A stretch of DNA of 64,000 nt. Source: an uncultured Bacteroidia bacterium (lineage in GTDB: Bacteria > Bacteroidota > Bacteroidia > Bacteroidales > Prolixibacteraceae). The stretch is from positions 69,074 to 133,073 of the forward strand of contig CAIXZH010000004.1 in assembly GCA_903923905.1 (NCBI GenBank). The letters run 5' to 3'. Position numbers and translations under genes: made by a program. Below, in pieces: positions 18,959-26,547 of this stretch. The notes under the pieces were generated by a model. It searched no databases. It had not been told where the DNA came from and saw nothing but the letters and a program-made list of their open reading frames with translations. Within the stretch, counting starts at the first letter, position 1, and each line of letters starts with the position of its first letter.

Positions 18959-19819
18959 ATGAAAACAATAATCTATTCAATAATCGCAATCTTCCTTTTC
19001 ACGACCCTTGCAACAGGTTTGACCGGCAAGTCAAATCCCAAAAATACTATACTGATTCAAGCTACAGACAAAGCAGGGTCGGCGGCTCAGCTTTCACAAT
19101 CTGCTCAGATTATTTCAGCCCGGTTAAAGGAATTCAGCCCGGAAGAGTTTACCATCTCCATGATTCCGGAGAAGAAACAAATTCAGGTAGCCGTTGGTCC
19201 GGACCTTGATTTAAAGGCGATCCGGAACCTGCTGACCGCAAAAGGTGCGTTGGCAGTTTATGAGACCTACGACAGGGCAAGCCTGACGGAACTTTTAAAA
19301 GGAGATACTCAGCTTTTCACCCTTTTAAATGTAGGTAATTCAATGGACTATGGAGCAAAGATCGGATGTGCTTCAGTTTCAGTGGATACCAAAGTAAAGG
19401 CGTATTTGAAGAGCCAGGGGCTGGATCAAAAATGTATATTTATCTGGGATTCCCAGTCCGGAGATTCGGATGAATGCCTTTATGTTCTCAAAATAAATGT
19501 GGGAAAAGGTCCGCTTCTGGTTAAATCAGAGATTGAAAATGTTCATAGCGGCCAAAGTAAATCCTCCAAAATCAATGATATAGAGATTCGGATCAAAGAA
19601 TCGGCTGTACATTTATGGGCTGATGCGACTGAACGGAATATTGGCCATGCCATTGCAATTGTTATGGATAATCATATTCTGGCAGCTCCTATTGTCCGTT
19701 CAGTAATCACCGGAGGGAGATGTGAAATTTCCGGAAATTTCACCCAAACGGAGGCGAAATCTATCGCTTCACTCGGGAATAATGGTGAACTGCCACTCAA
19801 TTTCAGAATTGTGAAGTAA
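18959..19819 (+). CDS. secreted protein resembling the periplasmic P1-head domain of SecD (no membrane domain)
   Basis: Signal peptide MKTIIYSIIAIFLFTTLATG. GALAVYETYD and IGHAIAIVMDNHILAAPIVRSVITGGRCEISGNFTQTEAKSIASLGNNGELPLNF parallel the SecD periplasmic-domain consensus (LAIVLDG.V.SAP.I...I.GG...ISGNFT..EA..LA..L..G.LP). Confidence 0.65.
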   Translation: MKTIIYSIIAIFLFTTLATGLTGKSNPKNTILIQATDKAGSAAQLSQSAQIISARLKEFSPEEFTISMIPEKKQIQVAVGPDLDLKAIRNLLTAKGALAVYETYDRASLTELLKGDTQLFTLLNVGNSMDYGAKIGCASVSVDTKVKAYLKSQGLDQKCIFIWDSQSGDSDECLYVLKINVGKGPLLVKSEIENVHSGQSKSSKINDIEIRIKESAVHLWADATERNIGHAIAIVMDNHILAAPIVRSVITGGRCEISGNFTQTEAKSIASLGNNGELPLNFRIVK

Positions 19820-19829
19820 TAATTATCAG

Positions 19830-19871
19830 GAGGCTGTCTCAAAAGTAAAAAAAGACTTTCGGGACAGCCTC
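19830..19871. terminator. hairpin between convergent genes (GAGGCTGTC ... GACAGCCTC)
   Basis: 9-bp outer stem with inner AAAGT/ACTTT pairing. No clear T-tract. Shares its arm sequence with the hairpin at 18316. Confidence 0.5.
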
Positions 19872-20003
19872 TGGTTTGAATACATTTAATCCCTGTTCTA
19901 CAAATATAAACGGTGCTCTGCCCCTTTACCGCATAAAGTCTGATATAAAAAGAGTTCTGTCGGGTTCGCGACGCAACGGAAGAACCTAACGGCAGTAATT
20001 TCA

Positions 20004-20040
20004 AAATAAGGGAAGAAAGAGGATTTTATCTTCCTTATTT
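20004..20040 (-). terminator. terminator hairpin overlapping the stop codon of the ThyA-fold gene
   Basis: AAATAAGGgAAGA (20004-20016) pairs with TCTTCCTTATTT (20029-20040): 12 bp plus one bulge. On the minus strand it is followed by TTTTGAAATT. Confidence 0.5.
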
Positions 20041-20931
20041 ATTTGAATGGCTCTTGTCGTATTTTTTGATTTTATTGGCTACCTGTTCTTCTGCCTGATC
20101 ATAGATTTCCCGGATAAAATCCTCATTAAAACTCATGGTCCGTTCCTCAAAACTAATTTCACCGAGCCTGTCGAAAAGCCGCTCCTTGGCTACTTTCAGA
20201 TCCTTTCCATAGATATGAAACGAATCGGCATGCCAGTTTAAACGTCCCAGCCTGACGGTTTTGCCCGTTTTTTCGGCTACACCTGCAGCGATCACCTCTT
20301 TGTTAAACTGAATGAATCCGAACATATTCATAAAGTTGGCTCCCCAGGCATCATTACTCCGGAAACGGATGTTGCAATTGAGCCAGTAAACACCCTGCTC
20401 GTCTTCAAGGATGCGGTACCACAACGATTGCAAACATGGGGGGTCATAACAATCGAGATCGATATTTGGCATCCAGGTAATCATCTGTGCCTGACGTGTG
20501 AAAGGCTGTTTCGACAGCTTATTGATAACCGATTGAATCTGATCAACCTTGAAAGGTCCAACCTCCTGTGATTTGTCATCAATCAACTCTTTCCAGACCC
20601 CGTAATGCTGTAATCTGCCATGATAGGTGTATTCCCACCGATTATCGTTTTCTATATTCAGGTTTTTGGTCCAGTGGTCTTTGACTCCCTTTAATTCCAT
20701 CACATATTCCTTCAGTTCCTCAATTCCTCCGGGGAAAGCCATATGGATCATCGGATCGGTTTCCGGCTCTTCAATCGTTATGTTCATGGTACAATCCATG
20801 CTTTCGGGGTCTTCAGGTTTGTCGTACTGGGTTTTAAACCGGGTCCCTTTTTGATATACGGCGAGGATGGCGGCTTCGTAAGCCTCGGCAAGAGTCTTTT
20901 CAGCAATAGCGATAACCGGAATGTTTTTCAT
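20035..20931 (-). CDS. thymidylate synthase (ThyA)-fold protein, divergent/archaeal-like
   Basis: 298 aa. VDQIQSVINKLSKQPFTRQAQMITW, catalytic-Cys block DPPCLQSLWY (C166), RFRSNDAWGANFMNMFG (equivalent to QRS.D...G.PFN) and ADSFHIYGKD (equivalent to GD.H.Y). Confidence 0.75.
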   Translation of the reverse strand: MKNIPVIAIAEKTLAEAYEAAILAVYQKGTRFKTQYDKPEDPESMDCTMNITIEEPETDPMIHMAFPGGIEELKEYVMELKGVKDHWTKNLNIENDNRWEYTYHGRLQHYGVWKELIDDKSQEVGPFKVDQIQSVINKLSKQPFTRQAQMITWMPNIDLDCYDPPCLQSLWYRILEDEQGVYWLNCNIRFRSNDAWGANFMNMFGFIQFNKEVIAAGVAEKTGKTVRLGRLNWHADSFHIYGKDLKVAKERLFDRLGEISFEERTMSFNEDFIREIYDQAEEQVANKIKKYDKSHSNK

Positions 20932-21034
20932 GTTAAGAAAGTTGATTAATAGTGATTTATATTGAAGTATTTACTGGTCCGCGGTTGACAAAGCTATTAA
21001 AATATGGGATTATTTAGGGTGATTTAGAGCATGT

Positions 21035-21814
21035 TTAAGGAATAAATTCTTTCCATATTGTTGCCATTATTTGAGGTTGAGTCACGAATAGAAATCGTTC
21101 CGGATCTTCCTCAAACTGTGAGTAGATTGCTTTTCCCGGTTCGATTCCAAATTGAGAGTATCGTTCAGGAGCCTTTAAAGTCAGTTCGCAATCAAGATAA
21201 TTCGGATTTTTAGACCATCCGGTTTCACCTTTTGCATTGATTATTGGAAACCAGGCAAGCCCTTTATGTCTGCGGACATCCTCATATTCAAATCCATACT
21301 CCCGGTCGCACCAGGCACCAAAAGTCAGGGGTTGGTCCGGGCCAGCACTGATGGTTGCATGTGCCCAGCCTGGTGGAACAATGACTACATCTCCCGGTTC
21401 GGCGAAAATGGCAAAGCACCTGCCCGGCTGGTCGCTGGCCGTTTCCTGCATGTAAATAATGGCTTTCCCCGACCAGATCTCATAAACTTCGGGTGTTGAC
21501 CACCCTGAATATGGAGAAATCCGGTGAATATGTCCCTGGCTGCGGACAGGTTCATCTCCCAAACGACCCGCGGCATAAGTTACCGCCCCATACAATAAGT
21601 GACATTGCGCTAACATGGGGAGGTGTTCCGATTTGCCAACATCCATGGCGATCGCATAGACCGGATCGGGTCCATGGCAATCCGGGTTGTGCAGGCTCTT
21701 ACGTATCGATTCGAGTGTCCGGTTATCAACTTCCGGTCCGAAAACACCGGGGCCATAGGTAAATCCCATTGGGTCTGCCGTTGGGTGGATATCAAAGCCG
21801 GGATAGAAGTTCAT
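21035..21814 (-). CDS. cupin-type glucose-6-phosphate isomerase family protein (long form)
   Basis: 259 aa. Cupin metal motifs SQGHIHRISPYSGWSTPEVYEIWSGKAIIYMQ and GDVVIVPPGWAH. Confidence 0.65.
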   Translation of the reverse strand: MNFYPGFDIHPTADPMGFTYGPGVFGPEVDNRTLESIRKSLHNPDCHGPDPVYAIAMDVGKSEHLPMLAQCHLLYGAVTYAAGRLGDEPVRSQGHIHRISPYSGWSTPEVYEIWSGKAIIYMQETASDQPGRCFAIFAEPGDVVIVPPGWAHATISAGPDQPLTFGAWCDREYGFEYEDVRRHKGLAWFPIINAKGETGWSKNPNYLDCELTLKAPERYSQFGIEPGKAIYSQFEEDPERFLFVTQPQIMATIWKEFIP

Positions 21815-21856
21815 ACTTCCTTAATTATCTAATAAATAATACTTTTACTCAATTTT

Positions 21857-22429
21857 TTATTTCTGATTTTTTCTTACATCAATCCTTGCCTGTGACATCC
21901 TTTCACGCAAACCACCTTCATTCAGAAATTCCTTTTCCAGTGTTTGAATCTGCCTTGAAAGTAAATAAGATGTAAGATTGATTAATCCAATCATCACATT
22001 GGCTGCCACTTCAGGATCTGTGCTTTCAATTCCTTTTTGATAGTCATGATAGTTGGCATCTTGCTTTATGAGTAATTTTGTTAGCGGGGCATAATATTTG
22101 TGATTTTTATCCCATTGTTTTAACTTCCTGACGCGTAAAAAATCTTTGTAATCGGCTAAAAGTTCTTCAAGCGAGGCGCGGGCAACATTAGTGAGTTTAA
22201 TTTCCATTTCTTTTGAAGTGCCCGAAGCCATGCTGCCTTCTATAATGTTTTGCTTTCCTGAGCGGGCAGCTTGTACCATTTGATCAATTGTACGATCGTA
22301 GGGCCGAAAATATTTCTTTGTAAAATAGTAAGTTCCATCATAAATGATTTCAGATTTTTGATAAGTTATCAATTTTTCGTACCCACCATGTTTGGGGATA
22401 AAACCGTCAGGGTTATATTGCTTATCCAT
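21857..22429 (-). CDS. four-helix-bundle protein (23S rRNA intervening-sequence protein family, with suffix domain)
   Basis: YQKSEIIYDGTYYFTKKYF...DRTIDQMVQAARSGKQNIIEGS...ARASLEELLADYKDFL is the family signature. The ATG at 22429 lies just downstream of a -7 box; the ORF-track start 22450 lies upstream of it. Confidence 0.8.
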   Translation of the reverse strand: MDKQYNPDGFIPKHGGYEKLITYQKSEIIYDGTYYFTKKYFRPYDRTIDQMVQAARSGKQNIIEGSMASGTSKEMEIKLTNVARASLEELLADYKDFLRVRKLKQWDKNHKYYAPLTKLLIKQDANYHDYQKGIESTDPEVAANVMIGLINLTSYLLSRQIQTLEKEFLNEGGLRERMSQARIDVRKNQK

Positions 22430-22435
22430 CTTGTT

Positions 22436-22443
22436 CAAATTTA
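22436..22443 (-). promoter_or_regulatory. -7 promoter box (TAAATTTG on minus strand)
   Basis: Plus-strand caaattta at 22436-22443, 6 nt upstream of the ATG at 22429. Confidence 0.4.
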
Positions 22444-22458
22444 CAATCAAACTTTTAG

Positions 22459-22514
22459 TTGGACAAATTTGACATGTCGGACAGATTAATTGTCAAAGAG
22501 TCAAATTTGTCCAA
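22459..22514. repeat. perfect 15-bp inverted repeat separated by 26 nt
   Basis: TTGGACAAATTTGAC (22459-22473) and GTCAAATTTGTCCAA (22500-22514). The spacer contains the palindrome GACATGTC. Confidence 0.85.
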
Positions 22515-22576
22515 AAGTTACGCAATTATGAGGTTATTATCAACTACATCATCCATTTTTAAGAACAAATAAACAA

Positions 22577-24355
22577 TCAAAACCTGACATATCCTTTTAA
22601 CGTTCCGCATTTCTGCCCTTCACCCGGTCCGAACGGTCGGATGGTGTATGCTCCAACCCTGGCGGGAACAATAAACACCTCGGCGTAATGGACCACAAAC
22701 GGTTCAAAATTATTTAATGGACTCTCCACGATTACCTCATCACCTTCGACCAGGCAAATCACCTGAACCCCGCCATTGGTATCATGGTCCACCTTTTGGG
22801 TGAACCAGTGACGGCGGGTTTCGATAAACTCACGTTCATGCAGTCCGGTACTCTCTTCAATCCAGCCGTCTCCCTGAGCAACTACCTGAATGTGATTTAC
22901 CAGATTTTCTTTGGTCCATTGCGTGGTCCGGTCCCATTGGATCACCTTTTTACCGTGTTCAATATTGATAGGCCGGGGTTTTCCATCCATTCCCAGCCTG
23001 CCCCAGTCCCACAGTTTGAACGTAAAAATATAGGGTGTTGCGCTGATCTCAAGAACCATGCTGCTTTTCCCTGAACAATGGATTGTTCCGGCTGGTATCA
23101 ACACATGATCGTGTTTTTTCATTGGCCACGTCTGCACATGTTTTTCGGCATCGAACGATTTTCCTCCTGCATGTGCTTCTTCGAGTTCAGTCATCAATGC
23201 TTCAGGGTTTACCCCCTCTTTCAGTCCAAGATAGACGATGGCGTCATCCCCGGTTTCCATCATGTAATAGCTCTCGTCCTGGGTATAATGCATCCCGAAT
23301 TTCTCCTGGATATATTCGGTTAGCGGATGGACCTGGAGACTCAGGTGACCCCCTTCCATGGTATCGAGGAAGTCAAACCGGATCGGAAACTCATCCCCAA
23401 ACCGACCGTGGACCGGGTCGCCAAGCAACTCACGCGGATGACGAAATACCATGTTAATTGAGGGTATCTCAATCACATCATCACCGAATTTAAGCAGAAG
23501 GCTGTTCTCCTCTGGAACGCAGTTGAAACACCAGGCATAGTTGGGAGCCGACGGGTCAAGATTACAAACCTCTTTCATCCACTGTCCGCCCCATGGCCCC
23601 GGATCAAAAAACGGCACCACACTGAAAGGCCGGTTAATGGCCAATTCCAAACCCTCTAAAATCGCTTTCCATTCAACAAGTTTGGGTTCATTGATTTTAT
23701 TGGTGTCGAGCAGGAAATCGATGCGGTCGAGTAAGGTTTTCTTGAGCCGGTCGCATGCGCGCCAGTCCACAAAGAAGCCCTGTTTGTAGAGTAACATCCA
23801 GTCGGCGATATCCCTGTTATTCACCCCGATATTATCCACCAGGTGTTTGCGCATCCTCAATTGGATCTCCCAACGGGCCATATCTGCGTAGACCAATAAA
23901 TCGGGTTTCGGACATAACAAGGATGCTCCATAGCCGTAAATCAAGATCACACCTTCTTCCATCCCTTCGATCTGTTTCTGAAACGTTTTGACTTTTTCAG
24001 GGTCGAAAAAAGCATCCATCGAGAGACGTGTCAGAAACCCAAAAATCCGGTCATTGGTAACGTCAGGGAAGGTCAGTTTTTTGATCTCCTCCTCAGACAG
24101 CATAAAATCTGAAGCATTAATAAAAACAGAGGGTTTAAGTCCGGCCTGAAGATTGGCAATCAGTTCTTCATGGATGACTCCCTGGTATGTTTCGACGATC
24201 ACGAACCTTTTCTTTTTCGGAATTTTATGGATTGCCAGGGATAATCTGGCGCAAATATCGCTCCACCCGTTTACCACCCGATATTGCTCATTTTTTACCT
24301 CAACAACCGGCAGGTTATTGAATTTTGAAGGGTTTTTTAAATAGCTTTTTGTCAT
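22577..24355 (-). CDS. class I mannose-6-phosphate isomerase domain protein with about 260-aa N-terminal extension
   Basis: 592 aa. Type I PMI zinc motifs GGHLSLQVHP and IPAGTIHCSG. No signal peptide. Confidence 0.7.
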   Translation of the reverse strand: MTKSYLKNPSKFNNLPVVEVKNEQYRVVNGWSDICARLSLAIHKIPKKKRFVIVETYQGVIHEELIANLQAGLKPSVFINASDFMLSEEEIKKLTFPDVTNDRIFGFLTRLSMDAFFDPEKVKTFQKQIEGMEEGVILIYGYGASLLCPKPDLLVYADMARWEIQLRMRKHLVDNIGVNNRDIADWMLLYKQGFFVDWRACDRLKKTLLDRIDFLLDTNKINEPKLVEWKAILEGLELAINRPFSVVPFFDPGPWGGQWMKEVCNLDPSAPNYAWCFNCVPEENSLLLKFGDDVIEIPSINMVFRHPRELLGDPVHGRFGDEFPIRFDFLDTMEGGHLSLQVHPLTEYIQEKFGMHYTQDESYYMMETGDDAIVYLGLKEGVNPEALMTELEEAHAGGKSFDAEKHVQTWPMKKHDHVLIPAGTIHCSGKSSMVLEISATPYIFTFKLWDWGRLGMDGKPRPINIEHGKKVIQWDRTTQWTKENLVNHIQVVAQGDGWIEESTGLHEREFIETRRHWFTQKVDHDTNGGVQVICLVEGDEVIVESPLNNFEPFVVHYAEVFIVPARVGAYTIRPFGPGEGQKCGTLKGYVRF

Positions 24356-24357
24356 TT

Positions 24358-26490
24358 TTATTCAATCTTTAAATCCCTGTAACTTTTTACAGATTCACCT
24401 TTATAATTTATTTCAGCTTGCATCTGGTAATTTCCCTTGACCAAAGGCATATTCATTTTAAATCCGACCACTTTTACCTCAAACTTATTAAGTATTATTT
24501 TTGTATTTTGAACCGAAAGGTTTTTTCCTTCACTAAATACTGACAATTTTACTGATCCTTTCCACTCTTCTTCGATATCGTTGAACACATGAACTGGGAT
24601 TGTAATTTCGCTGCCGGGTTTATACGATTTTTCCCACAATTCAATCATCAATCCAACCGGGTTGAATGCCGGTTTCACATAGTTCACAAAATGAGGCTCA
24701 TACGTCAGCATCCCAATATCGGTGAAATTGTCGCTGGTCTGCCCGCGGGGCTGTCCGGAACGTGAATATCCAAGACCACAAAAGTGCATGATCCCGGCGC
24801 ATTTGCGATAAGCCCTCCAGTATTCAGTGAGGATTGCCGTATTTTTGGCACAAGCCTCAAATTTCTGATCATTTGTAATGGCCTCGGGGAAAACTATCCG
24901 ATAGACCCGATCAGTCAGAGTTGTGGTAGTTCCATCTCTGTTAAGCCAAAGCCATGAGTATTCATTTACAATAACAGGATTATGATATCGTTCGCCGTTT
25001 GGCCTGGGATTAAATTCATTAGGGTCATTATTTGGCAGACGAATCGTTGAAAACAGTTCTTTTAAATAACCCCCTTCTGTTGGATTTTTTCCATCGAAGT
25101 ATCGAAAAAATAAATAAGGGTGTGCTTCAATAGCATCATTCTCACTAACCGGGGAAGCCCACCCATTATCCCATGGAAGATTTGACAAATCAAGTGAACG
25201 CACCAGCTTTATTGCTTTACCTGTAGTATCATTCACCGATTCATTTTGCCCATCCCACACCGCAATACACGGATGGTTCCATCGCTCACGAATCCAATTC
25301 CGGTATTCAGCAGCAAGCTGTTTGGAGGAAATTCTTCCCTGAAATTTTCCAAAGCCTCCCTTATCTCCTGTCCAGACCGGGAATTCGTCCTGAATCAGCA
25401 TTCCCAGGCTATCAGCAGTCTCGTACCATTTTTCAGGTGGAAATCCAATACAATAACGAATACTGTTCCAATTCATCTCCTTAAACCGGCTGTGTAATTT
25501 TGTGATCCATTTATTGTCCCATGGCAGACTCCCCCTTTGGGGATCTTCAAAAAACCGGAAAATACAGACATTGGTTCCCCTCAGGAAATAAGGTTTGTTG
25601 TTTAGTAAAAATAGTGCGCTATCCCGGCTGACTGTAAAGGTGCGCATTCCAAAACGTGTTTTTGAATAATCTCCTGAAGTAGTAAGCTCCAGGTTGTACA
25701 AGAATGGATGTTCAGGTGTCCATAATCTGCATCCCGACATATTAACAGTAAAATCTACTCGTTCGAGATTTGCCCCCGATTTATTTTGGGGGGACAAAGA
25801 TCCACGAGCAACAACTTTTCCAGAAACAGTTTCACGAATAATATACGAAACTTCTGTCTCTGCCGGGCCGGATTTGGTTACGATTTCTGCGATTACCCGT
25901 AGTCGCTCATTTATTACATCCGGTACAGTCTGTACATTCGAAATAAACGGATAACCCGAAATAATTAGTTTTACATCATCGTAGATCCCCGGGATATATT
26001 TTATTTTCTCGAAATCATTCCCGTTTACCACGGTATCGGGCAGGTTATTCCTGCATCCGACAGCAATGATCAGTTCATTCTCTTTACTCCCCGCATTGAG
26101 AAATGGTTTCAGCTCAAACAGTGACGGTGTGAAATTGTACAAATTCTCGCCAACCAGCTTTTTGTTTACAAAAACCCAGGTATGATAGGCTGATTTATTG
26201 ATCTTTAGTTGAACCACAGGAGAGGACAATTCTTTTATTGTAAAAGTGCGTTTGTACCAATACACCGAATTGTTATAGATTGAATCCTGACTGTCGATTT
26301 TTGGTCTCGACAGATCCACCAAGCCCGGAACTTCAACACAAGAGGTAAATTTGGAGGGGATGGCAGTCATTGAATCTGTTTTAGTGATTTCCCAGATACC
26401 ATTCAAACTGATGATCTGCCGGTGAATCACCTTTTCCATGCAACTACTTAAAAAGAATACGAATAAGAAAAATAGAATTATGTTTTTCAT
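24358..26490 (-). CDS. GH2-like (clan GH-A) glycoside hydrolase, lipoprotein
   Basis: Lipobox FLSSC. LNGIWE sugar-binding N-terminus, acid/base block AVWDGQNES, nucleophile block VNEYSWLW. Paralogous to 31437..33671. Confidence 0.75.
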   Translation of the reverse strand: MKNIILFFLFVFFLSSCMEKVIHRQIISLNGIWEITKTDSMTAIPSKFTSCVEVPGLVDLSRPKIDSQDSIYNNSVYWYKRTFTIKELSSPVVQLKINKSAYHTWVFVNKKLVGENLYNFTPSLFELKPFLNAGSKENELIIAVGCRNNLPDTVVNGNDFEKIKYIPGIYDDVKLIISGYPFISNVQTVPDVINERLRVIAEIVTKSGPAETEVSYIIRETVSGKVVARGSLSPQNKSGANLERVDFTVNMSGCRLWTPEHPFLYNLELTTSGDYSKTRFGMRTFTVSRDSALFLLNNKPYFLRGTNVCIFRFFEDPQRGSLPWDNKWITKLHSRFKEMNWNSIRYCIGFPPEKWYETADSLGMLIQDEFPVWTGDKGGFGKFQGRISSKQLAAEYRNWIRERWNHPCIAVWDGQNESVNDTTGKAIKLVRSLDLSNLPWDNGWASPVSENDAIEAHPYLFFRYFDGKNPTEGGYLKELFSTIRLPNNDPNEFNPRPNGERYHNPVIVNEYSWLWLNRDGTTTTLTDRVYRIVFPEAITNDQKFEACAKNTAILTEYWRAYRKCAGIMHFCGLGYSRSGQPRGQTSDNFTDIGMLTYEPHFVNYVKPAFNPVGLMIELWEKSYKPGSEITIPVHVFNDIEEEWKGSVKLSVFSEGKNLSVQNTKIILNKFEVKVVGFKMNMPLVKGNYQMQAEINYKGESVKSYRDLKIE

Positions 26491-26547
26491 AAAGATTGAT
26501 TCTAAGGTTAGGTTCTGAAATATGGAATTGCGCGATTAAATATATAC

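Noticed and set aside
19936-19975. tRNA-T-arm-like fragment (GTCGGGTTCGCGAC), considered as a possible att-site remnant.
   Set aside because: It cannot be extended into a cloverleaf or a convincing 3' tRNA half, and no integrase or direct repeat lies nearby.
19672-20004. 110-aa minus-strand ORF spanning the end of the SecD-like gene and the intergenic hairpins.
   Set aside because: It overlaps a better-supported gene and two terminator-like hairpins. It has no start context or motif.
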